NCBI GenBank assembly: GCA_964019335.1
Contig: OZ025670.1
Span: 620,001 to 684,000, forward strand
DNA from: Diplonema japonicum
Lineage: Eukaryota; Protista; Euglenozoa: Diplonemea
Reading direction: 5' to 3'
Length of the DNA: 64,000 nucleotides
The notes under the pieces were generated by a model. That model was given only the letters and a program-made list of their open reading frames with translations, was not told where the DNA came from and did no database searches. Of the stretch, positions 1 to 11,982 are shown in pieces; the first letter of the stretch is position 1; each line of letters starts with the position of its first letter. The position numbers and the translations under genes are program-made.

Positions 1-402
1 CTTCTTGACGACTCGCACATCGCACCGAAGGTGAAGAGCGGTGCTGTGATCGATGCGTTGGCCGCCACGCTGAGCAAGGGGCTTGTGTTCGAGGCACATG
101 AGAACGACTTCGTGTTGATGTTCAACCGCATCATTGCCGAGTACCCCCATGAGGGGACCACGGTCACACACGTTGCGTCGCTTGCTGAGAGGGGCACCTC
201 CCGCATGTCTGGTACTGCGAAGACTGTAGGCCTGCCTGTTGGTATTGGCGCGCAGCTTGTGCTGGACGGCGTCATCACACAGCCCGGCATCGTGCGCCCC
301 ATCACGGAGGACGTTTACTCGCCCGTGCTCCGTGAGCTGTCCCGTCTGGGAGTCCGCATGAACGAGACGCAGACGGTGCAGCCGACTGCGAAGTCTGCTT
401 AG
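1..402 (+). CDS. Saccharopine dehydrogenase (or bifunctional LKR/SDH), C-terminal part; 5' end outside window
   Basis: Open frame from base 1; C-terminal motif ...AKTVGLPVGIGAQLVLDG..I..PG.VRP....VYSPVL.EL...G typical of the Sacchrp_dh_C domain; strong C/G-ending codon bias. Confidence 0.85.
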   Translation, partial: LLDDSHIAPKVKSGAVIDALAATLSKGLVFEAHENDFVLMFNRIIAEYPHEGTTVTHVASLAERGTSRMSGTAKTVGLPVGIGAQLVLDGVITQPGIVRPITEDVYSPVLRELSRLGVRMNETQTVQPTAKSA

Positions 403-1429
403 AAGGTAGACAGACAGAGAATCAAGAAGAATACAAAACGTGATACAGATAAGTTCACATCCTGCAGGACCTCTTGCAGTAGGATGCTTAGCTGTGGGAA
501 CCCCCCCCCTCCCCTTTTTTTTATAAATCATGGCTTGCATAAACGTTATGGTCACTGCTTTTTTTTTGTTTCCTTTTTTTTCCTTCTTTCTCCGCTCCCC
601 TTCTGTCAGGTGCTAAACAGACCCCCCCCCCGTTTTTGTTTCAATCTTTTATTTTTCTTTATTTCAGCCCCTTTTTTTAAAAGTTTTTTTTTGAAGCCCT
701 TCCATCGTGGTGTCCTGCACCTCTTGACGTGTGTCATGGTGCCGCTTTTTTTTTTTGGCGTGCCTTCGCACACAGTTCTTCGTTCTTTTGAGAGATATTT
801 GTTTGTGGAAAAAGAATTAGATGGTATGATCGCATTAGAAAAGGAAGAACATTATTGTTAAAAAGGGCGGATGTTACGTTCTAAGGGGATTTTTTTTTAT
901 AGTGTGTGATTGTTGTTTTTTTTTCTTTTTCTTTTCTTTTCTTTTCTTTTCTTTTTTCCCATTATCCTTCTTTAGGTACGATGGTAGCACCCGTACTTCT
1001 TTTCTTTTCTTTTCTTTTTTTTTAAATACGGTGTGCACCCCCAGCATACTGAAGGTCCTCGTGTTTTCTATTTCTTAACAACAGAACGTATCCACATTCT
1101 CTTTATAAGTCAGATATACAAAAAATGAGAAGGTGAATCAAAAAGAAGAAACTGAAACGTCCCTCCCTCTCCTCCTGCACACCACTGAAAAAAGAATGAA
1201 TATAAACAATAACAAAGAAAGCTTTTAAAAAGAATGCAATAAAAATAACCCCCCCCCATCCTCGATGAAGATGATGCCCATGGAATTTATGGCCTTCTCC
1301 CCCTTCTTTTTTTTACGCAGTTTTTTATTATTATCTTCCGGCCACAGGGTGTTTTATTTTTTTCAATTTTTCATTCTCCCCCCCCCCCCCCCCCCCAGCC
1401 ATTTTCCCATTATCACCACCATCACAGGA

Positions 1430-4400
1430 ATGCGTGTGGAGGATGTCAAGCAGGGTTCATCTAGGTACACAGGAGAGCTAGTGAACAGCGTGCGGGATGG
1501 AAGGGGTGCAATGACGTATTCCAACGGTGAGGTGTACGTGGGGGAGTGGCGAGGCGGACGGCGCCAGGGGCGTGGGGTGTACTACTACGCAGACGGCACG
1601 ATCTACGATGGGACATGGGCCGACGATAAGGCCAGCGGTGAAGGGATGTGCCGCTACCCTACTGGGAACATATACAAAGGTTCATGGCTGACAGGCAGAG
1701 TCAGCGGTAAGGGCGCCATGTACTACAACGATGGCGATGCCTACGACGGCGAGTGGAAGGACGGCCGCCTGCACGGCCACGGACGTTTCTACAACAGAAA
1801 CGGGGACGTGCACCAAGGCAAATGGTTCGAAGACCAGATCCTTGAGAACGGCTCGTCACCCGTCAACTCTGTCGTCTCGGAGAGGTCCCCCCGCTCCGTC
1901 AAGAGCGAGCTCGGGAGGCAGAAGCTTGCAATAGTTCAGCAGGCCGCCTTTCTCGACAACGAGCTTGCTCTTCTCGCGGCGCCCGTCACTCTCCACAACC
2001 TCGACCGCCTCTTCAACATCCACCTCGCACCTAGCACCGTCCCTCCCGTACTTGAAGCACCCGTGCCCACAAGGCAACCACCCCCACTTCGAAGGACTCC
2101 AGAACCTGCTCCATCTTCTTTAAAGGAAACGACGCCTCCCTCCACACCCCTCGTCGCTTTGTTGACCCCGCAGGAGACCCCCCAAGAAACACCTGCCAGC
2201 GTTGCAGGTCAGTACGCCGAACTCATACCAACATACTCTCCCGAGAGCCCCCTGAGCAGTGAGAACTTAAGGTACTCCGACCGCTTTGTGACGCCGTCCC
2301 CGCAGTCGCCGAGCAAGACCGAAGCGCCCCTCGTGAGCAGCAGCACCGACTTGTCGTCGACGGAGTCCCTTGAGACTGACGACGATGATGATGAACTCGA
2401 AGAGCAGGAACGCCTCAAGAGGATCTTCATGAGGCTGCAACGCGAGCACCAGAGAGACGGCGTGCTTACGAGGGGAGACCTCGCCACCTTGGCGAGGAAT
2501 GACCCTGAGGTATCCGAGCTGCGGCATACCTTAAGGCAGCGGAGCTTCCACGGATGGGCACGAGTGCTGTTAGACGACACGAGTGCAGATCAGAAGGCCT
2601 CTTGGGGGTCTCTCGTAGAGGAACGAGAGAAGCAGCGTGATGCGAGCCGCGGCCGACGTACTGCTAACCCCCCTCGATCGGTAGTCATAGAAATCCCTGA
2701 AGACGACCCAATGCCTAGCAAGACACAACCAGTTACAATCGGTGGCTCCGCTGCCTCACTTGGGACATACGCCCTTACGCATGGTCTGAGATCCCAGCGA
2801 ATGGGAACCGACGACCCGGAAATAGATAGAACCTCTGCTGGCGAGCAAGAGATGAAAAAAATAAATACAATAGATACTGAGAGCGACAGCTCACCCGAAG
2901 ATATCGAAGTGCGCAACGGGCCAGACGCGGCCACAGTGCCACAATGGAGCAAGATGTCGGATAAAATAAGATTAGGGAACGAAGGTGCTGAAACACTGTC
3001 GGCAAAGAGCACGTACGAGCGCCTTCCTTTCGGTTCCCCAGACCGTGCGAAGAGGATGGAGTACGTGGTGTCAATGTGTGGGCAGGCGTATTCCCCTTTT
3101 TCGTTCAAGCGGTTTGTGGGATTTGTATGTACACTGCTGTTTCCATATCCGTTCCTTCCCTTCTGTCCGTGGTCCCTGAACACCAGAGCCACCGAGCGGA
3201 ACTACGTTGTGAACGGTGCGACACCGCGTTGGCGGGAGAACCCGTTGCAGCATGTGCGAGCGGCATGCATCATCATACCCCTGCTGGCGCTGAGCAACGT
3301 GTTCTTTTGGACGGATGTCTATGACAACAAACCCGTTGTGATCGAGAGGTCCGACGTCATCATACCACTGCTGCTGTTTGGGTTGCATGTTGTTCTGATA
3401 TCAGCGTACCACTCGCATGTACGGAAGGTGCCGCACCCTCTGGAGACCTTGCCGCACATTCAGTACGCGATGTTCGCTGATTTTTCATATCGCAGGCTGA
3501 AGTCACTTGCGGGGGTTGAAGACCTTTGGGTGGTGGAGTGGAGCAGCAGTGCACACGGCGGGAGATTCGTTTCCCACAAAACCAATTCCTTCAGGATAAG
3601 CCTTGTGTTAGGCCTGCTGCTGTCCACAGCCATCCCCGTGCACAGGTACCTCGCTGATGACGTTGTGTGGGGGAACAACGCGAAAGAGCGCGTAGTGTCC
3701 ATAACAAGCGCCGTTGTGATCCTTCTGTCCTCTGTGGGGGTCTACAACCTCATCTTGAACGTCATCTATAGACAGCTCCTACTTCTCTCCCAGCTCACTG
3801 CTCTTACAAAGCTAGCTGTCATTGCACCAGACATGGACGTACACGCCCATGCCACGGTATGCACCAACTACCACTTTTATCTTTGTGACAGTTTCGGTTC
3901 GACCTCACGAAGGCAGGGCTTGCAGGGCTCAACAAGCTGTCGTCGATGTCAGAGATGGATACTTTGCTGGTGTGCGTTTTCTTTTGGTTTCCGTCATACA
4001 TTGCAGGGGTGGTGTATATGCCGGTCATTCGTACTGTACGGGAGCCCTATCATGAACCACAGAAGTCGGAGCACGGTATGGCAAGGCATCTGGCGGGACA
4101 CTGCACAGGTCGCAAACATAGGATTCTTCTCGCTGCTGGTTCTGTCGGCGTTTTTGATCAGCACGTTCGTGTACGACGCTGCTGTGCACAACCACCCCGA
4201 CAACTCAGACAGGGGGTTCACCTTCGCCTCTGCGTTCATTGTGCTGACAAGCCCGCTACTATTCTACCAGATCCGGCTATGGCAGCGCGTGTACAGGCAG
4301 TACCGTGAGCAGAGGGTGCTGCTCTCAGCAGCTATTGTGTACAAACGCATGCAGGTGCTCTCCGACTCGGATGCTGAGATTATCCACGAAGCTGAGCTCA

Positions 4401-4549
4401 TTCAAAGCTTGAGCAGCTTCGTCAGCTCACATGACTACAAGCCACGGTGTCTAGGTCTTCGCATCTCCGATGCCCCATTGGTCTTCGCAGTCTTCCTTCT
4501 CTTAGGTGTAAGTACTCTGGTCTATAGATGGATAAATATGGCCTTGTGA
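1430..4549 (+). CDS. MORN-repeat protein with C-terminal multi-pass membrane domain (PHTF / gustatory-receptor-like 7TM candidate)
   Basis: ATG 1430 follows CACAG (1423-1427). About six Y.G.W..G...G.G MORN repeats, a Pro/Ser-rich linker, then hydrophobic helices. Introns 3857-3891, 3970-4006 (together restore frame) and 4076-4108. Confidence 0.8.
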   Translation: MRVEDVKQGSSRYTGELVNSVRDGRGAMTYSNGEVYVGEWRGGRRQGRGVYYYADGTIYDGTWADDKASGEGMCRYPTGNIYKGSWLTGRVSGKGAMYYNDGDAYDGEWKDGRLHGHGRFYNRNGDVHQGKWFEDQILENGSSPVNSVVSERSPRSVKSELGRQKLAIVQQAAFLDNELALLAAPVTLHNLDRLFNIHLAPSTVPPVLEAPVPTRQPPPLRRTPEPAPSSLKETTPPSTPLVALLTPQETPQETPASVAGQYAELIPTYSPESPLSSENLRYSDRFVTPSPQSPSKTEAPLVSSSTDLSSTESLETDDDDDELEEQERLKRIFMRLQREHQRDGVLTRGDLATLARNDPEVSELRHTLRQRSFHGWARVLLDDTSADQKASWGSLVEEREKQRDASRGRRTANPPRSVVIEIPEDDPMPSKTQPVTIGGSAASLGTYALTHGLRSQRMGTDDPEIDRTSAGEQEMKKINTIDTESDSSPEDIEVRNGPDAATVPQWSKMSDKIRLGNEGAETLSAKSTYERLPFGSPDRAKRMEYVVSMCGQAYSPFSFKRFVGFVCTLLFPYPFLPFCPWSLNTRATERNYVVNGATPRWRENPLQHVRAACIIIPLLALSNVFFWTDVYDNKPVVIERSDVIIPLLLFGLHVVLISAYHSHVRKVPHPLETLPHIQYAMFADFSYRRLKSLAGVEDLWVVEWSSSAHGGRFVSHKTNSFRISLVLGLLLSTAIPVHRYLADDVVWGNNAKERVVSITSAVVILLSSVGVYNLILNVIYRQLLLLSQLTALTKLAVIAPDMDVHAHATVCTNYHFYLCDSFGSTSRRQGLQGSTSCRRCQRWILCWCAFSFGFRHTLQGWCICRSFVLYGSPIMNHRSRSTVWQGIWRDTAQVANIGFFSLLVLSAFLISTFVYDAAVHNHPDNSDRGFTFASAFIVLTSPLLFYQIRLWQRVYRQYREQRVLLSAAIVYKRMQVLSDSDAEIIHEAELIQSLSSFVSSHDYKPRCLGLRISDAPLVFAVFLLLGVSTLVYRWINMAL

Positions 4550-5070
4550 GCGCGCCAACCTCTTCTCCACAGCCTTGTACAGCAACATCTTAGCTTAGTT
4601 TGCCTTTTTTATTTTATTTTATTTTTTTATTAAGAAAATAAAGGAGGGAAAGAAAAAAAGGGGGATATTGTAAATCAATTTGCTCTCGTGGCTGAAGGGT
4701 CTGGGATTTTTTTTTTATCAGTAAACTGGTGGCGCTCAAAGGGGCAGAAATGAAAAGGTCACAAGGGTTTGCAAGGCAGATATTCTAGACTCCGAGGGTC
4801 ATTTGGTTTAGTACGCTCCCCCCCCCTTTTTATTTCCTTGTCGTTTCATCAATGAAGTGGCGCCTGCCCTTCGTTGGCGTTAGGCACCCCCCCCATTGTA
4901 TGCTGTAACTGATAGACCCTAACTGGTGCCCTATCTTGTCTTTTCTTTTTCTTTAAAAAATTCTTTTTTTTCTTCAGGTTTTCATTTCTTAAAAGAAGCC
5001 AACCGTGACCACGTAAACACAATACAGTTATCTAAAGAAAAAAAAACAAAAAACAAAAACCGCCATCAAA

Positions 5071-6101
5071 ATGACCAAGCTCTTCTGCATGGGTAACCCT
5101 CTTCTGGACATCTCCGCCAACGTGGATCAGGCCTGCCTTGACAAGTACGAGCTGAAGGTATGTTGTTTGAAAAACAACTGAAACACAACCCACAGCCTGG
5201 TAACGCGATCCTCGCCGAGGAGAAGCACATGCCTCTGTACTCTGAGCTCGCTCAGAAGGACGACGTTGTGTACATCCCGGGTGGTGCCACCCTGAACAGC
5301 GCCCGTATTGCCAAGTGGGTTGACTCCGATCTCAGTGTGTCGTACGCCGGGTCTGTCGCTGAGGACAACTACGGCTCTATCCTCGTGAAGGCCGCCGAGA
5401 AGGAGGGCCTGAACATGCCCATGTACATTTGCAAGGAGGAAGGGACCGGGACGTGCGCCGTCTGCGTTGTTGACAAGGAGCGTTCGCTTGTTGCCAACCT
5501 CGCCGCCGCCAGCAAGTTCGACGCCTCGCACATGGAGAACGCCGCCGTGACCAAGGCCGTCCAGGAGGCTGGTGTGTACTACATCTCCGGGTTCTTCATC
5601 ACCACCTGCCCCGCTGCCCTCATGTCCGTCGCTGAGCACGCCAACGCGAAGGGCAAGGTCTTCACCATGAACCTGTCCGCCCCCTTCATCATCGACTTCT
5701 TCAACGAGCCCCTGAAGGCGGCCCTGCAGTACGTCGACATCCTGTTCGGTAACGAGACCGAGGCTCAGTCCCTTGCGGACAAGGAGGGTTGGGCCACCAA
5801 GGACGTGAAGGAGATCGCTGTGAAGGCCCAGGCTATGGAGAAGAAGGGCAAGGCCCGCATGGTCGTCTTCACACAGGGATCGACCTGCACTGTTGTGGCC
5901 ACCGCCGACGGTGCCACCACCTACGACGTTGAGAAGGTGGAGAACATTGTCGACACCAACGGTGCTGGTGACTCCTTCGTGGGCGGATTCCTTGCACAGT
6001 ACTGCAAGGGCGCTGACATCAAGACGTGCGTCATGACCGGCCACAAGGCCGCCGGCTGCATCATCCAGACCAGCGGCTGCCAGTTCTCTGGTGCCTTCTG
6101 A
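5071..6101 (+). CDS. ADK: Adenosine kinase (PfkB family)
   Basis: Exon 1 5071-5157 (MTKLFCMGNPLLDISA), intron 5158-5195, exon 2 with GGATLNSAR, NLSAPFI, FGNETEA and DTNGAGDSFVGGFL motifs; highly biased codons. Confidence 0.96.
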
Positions 6102-6545
6102 GCGCCATACCCTCTCATTTAGCTTTTCTAAGAATATGATTCCATCTTTGGAAGATAAATGAAAATTAGTGTCAAAAAAAAAGAAGAAAAATGAAATAAT
6201 TAAGGATAGTAAAAAAAGGAAAAACATAATAAAAATACAGAAAACGTTATGAAAAAAACGATTTTTTTTTTAAGTAATCACCTTACCGCCCCACTTCGTT
6301 TTTGGTAAATTCTTTTCTTCTTTTTCTTTTCGAAAGATCCCCCCCCCCCTTTTTTTTGTCCCTATTTTTTTATCCCCCCTTTCCTGCTTTTCCTTTTCTT
6401 TTTTTCTTGTAGCTGCCGTCAAACGAGAGGACAGAGCCTGTTCCGATCAGGCTTTGCCGTGGGCAGCTGGTTGGTGCAACTATTTAAGTCTTTCTTGTTG
6501 CCTCTTGTTTTGCGACCGTATTTATCTCAAAGGTGACAATGCAAG

Positions 6546-8794
6546 ATGGCATTCAAATGGGTGCTGTCTCTGTCTCTATTACTAGCGGTCGTGGGTGAGG
6601 TGCGGGTCGGGAAGAGAGTGTTCATCACGAAGGGGGTGAGTTTTGAGGGAGGGATGTCACTAGAGGTGGGAGATGTGGGGGTGACTCGGAAGGAGGCTGA
6701 CGCAGAAGACCATTTCGAAGTGGAAATAAAAGGTATTCTCGTGGATGCACCAGCAAAGGTGCTTGAGGTGCTGCCCGACTTCACAGTAGGCGATCGAGTC
6801 GAGCTCAGCCCTGACATCAGGTACGATGGCGTGAATTACTATGACAGGCACCAGACGGCCCTCATCAAAAGGATCACACACGGCTCCCAAGCAGCCATCC
6901 AGTATGTGCGAGACTCTGTGCACGCTTCTGTCCCAGTTGCGTACCTCATACCAGAGTGCTACGGCAGAGGGTCGCGGGGCAGCAGTGAAACATGTGTCTG
7001 TAATGAACCTTATTCCGGCCCTCTCTGTCTCACTGCCCAGCCCCCTTCTGTCATGTCGATAGTTTCCCAGCTCATCGCCAGTGTCACCCCCAGCATCCCT
7101 AGCATGGGTGACCCTCCACCGACACCTGTTCCCACTGCACCCGTCAAGATAATAGAAGTCACAAACCTCATGTGGGAAGGCCACGTGTACGACAGCATCA
7201 TCGAGGCCGACCAGGGAACGCTCAAGGATATCTTGTCGTCTGCGTCGTACACGTTGCTCCTCGCGTGCACCGCTTGGGAGGCACGATGCACACCCGCAGT
7301 ATGGCAAAGACCACATAAGTCAAATCACTGAACAGCTCGACACTCTAAACACCGTTTCACTGAACGGCACCGCAGGTTCGAAATACCAACGTCCCGTCCA
7401 AGAATGCTACGAGTCTGATGCCATATCGCTGCTGCCTAATGAGATGCACATTAGAAAGGTGTACGTTGACAGCACAGTGATACGGAAGCCAAATAGTGGC
7501 CCGTACCTCATGCTTCTGAAGGGGAAGAGCCTCTACAAGGAGTACATCGGCGACATGACTGACGCACGCAGGATCCTTAGCTTTATTAACAATCTCTCAA
7601 CGGTATGCGCTCAGCTTAAGGCACTGCATGCAGGGGCACTTGGATGACAGCAGCGCCGCGAGACTGCTGTTGAGCAGCGATGTGGCGATCATCGTCGACA
7701 GCGAGAACATCGACGACAAGGATGCCATGTTCAAGGAACTCGAGATCCCCCATGGGATATGGGACACAGCACATGATGAGGTACAGTTGCTGACGCATCA
7801 GGGTTTGGTGATCATGGGAAGCACTGAACGATCGTCAATGGTGGTTTACATAAAAGAATCGGCGAACACGTTCCGCAGATACCCCTATACAAGGCAGTGG
7901 GCAGTCAATAGAGTGTGGGAATGGGTGCAAGACACAGCTGTTCCATTGGTCACGAAGCTCACACAGCACAACTTCGATGCTGAGGCAACACGCGTGCGGG
8001 AAAGGATGGGCGCTATGATTATAGCAACTGGTTTACTGGAAGGTTTTCACGAGGCAGCAGCAGTGCACCGTAAGATCCCTCACAAAGAGCATGCCCTGGC
8101 ACATTACACCTTAGACAGCAAGGGGTCTGAGTTGCTGCGTCGCTTTGGTCATGGGAAGTATATTGTTGCCATACCACACCTTGAGATGGTGCATTGGACT
8201 AATGAACTGCCTCTAATGTATGAAGGCGCCCTTGCGGCGGTGAGGGACTACGCGGGGTTACCTGTTAGTGCAGTGCAAATGAGAGCAGGCAACGAGTCCC
8301 CTCAAGCTGGGCTTGAGGGTGTACTGAGGCTTAAAGAGGCGGACTTGTACAGTGCTGCCACTGACTTCAAAGGACGCTCTATGCTACTGGTGGTACGCAC
8401 TACTTGGTGCTGGCATTGCCGTGCCTTGCTTCCCTCCTTACCGGTTCTCAGCGCTGCATTAGCACGCTACACAGAGGACATCCTTGTTGCAGAGCATATT
8501 GCCGACGATACTACCTTCCCTCCCTGGCTCACCCGTCATGTTAAAGGGTATCCAGAGATTTTGTTAATCACCTTCGGGTACTCTACGCACGGCATTGCAC
8601 GGTACAAGAGCAGCAACCGAACCATCTCTGCTCTTCTTTCCTTCGCTTTGGGCACTGATATAGACTACCAGGTGTGCTCACGACTTGATATCCATGTTTT
8701 ACAGGTGCCTGAACCAGTTCTCACTGACAAGCAGCGAGCGTACCGCAAGCAAGCACAAGACCATGCATCGCAACGACAACGCAGTACTATTTGA
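6546..8794 (+). CDS. Secreted/ER PDI-like protein with EGF-like motif and C-terminal thioredoxin domain (WCWHC)
   Basis: Signal peptide; EGF-like C.C...Y.G..C; joining the three track ORFs via introns 7299-7335 and 7603-7633 (probable 8672-8704) gives one ORF; WCWHC and VKGYP.I thioredoxin motifs. Confidence 0.7.
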
Positions 8795-8848
8795 GTTATA
8801 ATTATTATTGAATTTATGATTGCATGTAGACAGCCAGGAGGGGTTGGG

Positions 8849-9085
8849 ATGGGTACTGCGCCGGTTGAGCAGATAACAGCAGGTGTCTCGCAGTTGTCGA
8901 TCGGTGTCGCTGATCTACTGGATAAAGAGACAAAAGGAAAGGCGCCGGTACTGCCAAGTGACCTTGGGCAGAAGTGTGCGAAGTCGGGAGGAACAGGAAA
9001 GGCAAAAACAGAAAAGAAAGAGCCCAAGTTGGTACTCCAGAGAAGGCCACAAGGCGGTTGGAGGTGGGTGAAAAAGAGTGACTGA
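8849..9085 (+). CDS. Small basic hypothetical protein (~78 aa)
   Basis: Fills the gap between two genes on the same strand, preceded by CAG acceptors; coding-like composition; no recognisable domain. Confidence 0.45.
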   Translation: MGTAPVEQITAGVSQLSIGVADLLDKETKGKAPVLPSDLGQKCAKSGGTGKAKTEKKEPKLVLQRRPQGGWRWVKKSD

Positions 9086-9131
9086 TCTAGAACACACACC
9101 AGACAATAGGATATCAATGCAACACCAGAAT

Positions 9132-11086
9132 ATGTTGCGCAGTGTGAGGAGGAACGTGAGGCATGTGTCTGATGGTGTTGAAATGAAGAGGATGAGCACC
9201 AGGATGAACGAATTATTTTATCATTATTCCCCCAATAAAACGGGTTACCTGTTTGACATGAAGGAAAAGCTTTTAACGCTGTTGCATGGCCAGGAGCCAC
9301 TGTACAAGGTAGCAGCTTGGAACAAACAGCACTTCAGGGTTGCAGCTGGAATAAAAAAGCAGCTACCTATTGATATCTTGCACTCGAAGGACCTGAGCAG
9401 CTTTTCCACGTACCACCTGTTCCAGGCCATTGGCAAGTTGTCCTTCAACGTCAGTAAGCTTAACCCTTCGTCATTAAGCGTTGTTTGCAGTGCATTTGAG
9501 AGGTTCAGGGAAGAGATAGAGCTGTTTTCGAGCACGGGGATAAGCTTGCTGTGTTTGATAGCAGGGAAACTTTGCATCTCTTCTAATTCCTCTGATGCGA
9601 GGCCCGACGTGTTGCGGCAGGTGCTTGGGACGCTGCGGGGGTTCGTAGGGGCTGCTGTACAAATGATGCTCAAGGATGAGACCTTCACAGCTGAGCTGAA
9701 CGTGTCAGGTTGTGCAGACATGCTGCTTGCCATGTACATCTGTTCCGTGTCGCACATAAAGGCACGGCATGCTATATACTCGAGGCTCATGTCCAGCCAA
9801 GCCTTACAGTCCATCACAATGATCGATGCCGTGTGCCTTCTTGAATACCACCACCTCACCCACGACCTTCCACCCTCCCTCTTAAGCCGATTCCTCTCCT
9901 GCCACTCGCTGTGGGGCTTCAGCTCTTATCTCATATACAGCGTCAGGTTGTTGTGGCTGTGTGCTGTGACACAAGCTGATACCCCTACTGCAATTATTAC
10001 AGAAGCGAAGAAGGCCATCAAATACCACCTGTCGCAGACGGCCCTCACGCAAATTGACTCTAATACAATCTTGAAGCGGGAAAAGAATGCCAACGACTAC
10101 CGGAAGCTGGCAGCGATTATATGCTATTACCACATCAATGACCAAAAGGTATGAATACCGTCTCGCACACATGCCAACAGCTCATCAACATGTACCTATC
10201 GTCCATTTCGCGCATGCCTGAGCTCATGGCTAGCGCTATCGCAATGCTCGGCGATTACCTTGTGCCGAGTGAGGATCTTGAGAACTACATACGCGGCATC
10301 AAATTGATATCGCTTCCCTTTGAGGGGCGTGTGATGTTTTTCATCAACATAACAAGGTTAGGGTATACGGCTCATGCGAGTACGCTGTTAGCTGATCTAT
10401 CAGACATGAAAGGCGGTGAGGACTTGGGTGCAGTTTGCAAGTTGCTGCGATGCGCTGCTGTGCTCCAGAAGGCATGTGACGATGACTTCAGCAACGAGCT
10501 GTCTCAGCTGGAGCAATATGTTTCAGAGCGTGCAGATGAGCTGACTCCCTTGCAGCTTCAAGACATCGCTGCTGCTATGAGTCATGTCGGACTGCATGAT
10601 GTGCTGCGTGACGTCATTCTGGGCAAATGCAAAGAAGCATTTTCGCCTGAGCAGGCTCCGGGCTTGTTAGCCATTCTCGCCCTACTCCCGAGGGACGACA
10701 TTATTTTGCAGTACTGCAGCAATGTGTTTGATGGTGTTGTTAAAAATCTGAACATCATCAAAGCAATCGACGAACTGCTTGTGTGTTGGCAGCATGCTGT
10801 TGATGTGGGCGTCGTTGTGTCTCGCAGGGCCACTGACGTGCTGCTGCGGCACTGCAGGCCAGCCATGTACGGCATGTCCACATCGCAGCTGGTGGACGTC
10901 GTGGTCTACACCGCCAAAAGCGAGCTGCCTTTAGATGACAACGCCATAAAGACTACAACAAAAATGGTTGACTTAATCCACAAACAGGTACACACTCTGT
11001 CTATTAAGCAAAAGTCTCGTCTCTCGTGGGCACTGTCCACTCTAGAATGCGGCACTGATGTGCTGACCGCGCTGTCTGCCGTGTAG
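9132..11086 (+). CDS. Helical-repeat protein, probably mitochondrial (RNA-binding helical-repeat type)
   Basis: MLRSVRRNVR presequence-like N-terminus after CACCAG; Leu-rich helical repeats; intron 10149-10180 joins ORFs 9078 and 10151 in frame. Confidence 0.6.
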
Positions 11087-11133
11087 CTTATGTAGCTTGT
11101 CTGTTAGCTTCCCACAATCGCCACACAGGTAGC

Positions 11134-11910
11134 ATGCACATCCCTATTGTAAAAACTACAAGCGAGGCTGTGAAGGCCCTCCAGGAGGCAAGTGCCTGTC
11201 TACTCATGGTTGAGGTCGGGTATGACGCAACTGCGATAGGGGATTTCTTCACACTGCCTGAGGTGGTGAAGCAGACCTTTCAGTACGAGGGTATGGGATG
11301 GTGCAAGGTACGACAGGGTGCGGAGATGTTTGTCGCGAAAGAGCCTCACAAGGAAAGGAAGCCGCCGTTCCCGTGGCCGCCTGGAGTGGCGTTTAGCAAT
11401 GCGGTCGGTAGTTTGTTTTGGAAGCTTCATGCCATAGGGTCGAGGGTACTGAACGAAATGGGAAAGAGCAGTTGCGTGTCGGGTGAGCAGGAATGTTTTG
11501 AGGAGGGTAAAGGTAACTGCGACTATGCTTGCGACTACTCGCCGTCACTATTGTTCGCCAGACGGTACACGGCTGAGTCGGCGGAACACCCGGATGGCAT
11601 GTGCACGGCGCACACAGACTCTTCGTTGCTGACAGTGATGCCATACGACAACAGCATCGAAGGGCTCCAGGTCCTACTGCGGGCTACGAATGAATGGCAG
11701 CACGTCTCCCCGAAGGGCCCCTGCGTGTTGCTTATGGTGGGCGAGCAGCTGGCTCACGTTGACAGGGACTACCACGCGGCAGTACATAGAGTGGTACCAG
11801 TTGAGACAACTGGTGCCACCCGCCTGTCGGTGCCCTTGCAGCTGCGGTGCAAGCCATCACTCGAACCGCGTGAGTCCATGCTGAAGGTCTCAGCGCTGAG
11901 CTTTTCGTGA
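11134..11910 (+). CDS. 2-oxoglutarate/Fe(II)-dependent oxygenase (IPNS/DIOX-like)
   Basis: HTD...LT, GLQV, G..L......A..HRV and RLSVP motifs (HxD...H, RxS). Confidence 0.85.
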   Translation: MHIPIVKTTSEAVKALQEASACLLMVEVGYDATAIGDFFTLPEVVKQTFQYEGMGWCKVRQGAEMFVAKEPHKERKPPFPWPPGVAFSNAVGSLFWKLHAIGSRVLNEMGKSSCVSGEQECFEEGKGNCDYACDYSPSLLFARRYTAESAEHPDGMCTAHTDSSLLTVMPYDNSIEGLQVLLRATNEWQHVSPKGPCVLLMVGEQLAHVDRDYHAAVHRVVPVETTGATRLSVPLQLRCKPSLEPRESMLKVSALSFS

Positions 11911-11982
11911 CAGATTCAGAGAGGGTTTTTTTGGACTGACTTTATTGGTCCTGCAGATCACCTCAGATAACAAAGGTAAACC

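Noticed and set aside
484-1429. ORF 484-861 and the Phe/Pro-rich N-terminal extension 1265-1429 (likewise 35427-35516, 60303-60470, 32372-32662)
   Set aside because: Translations of T/C/A homopolymer intergenic DNA upstream of the acceptor-like AG.
5127-6227. Long minus-strand ORFs (here opposite ADK; similarly opposite GH116, SF3A3, SNF2 and others)
   Set aside because: Antisense shadows of codon-biased + strand genes; no recognisable motifs.
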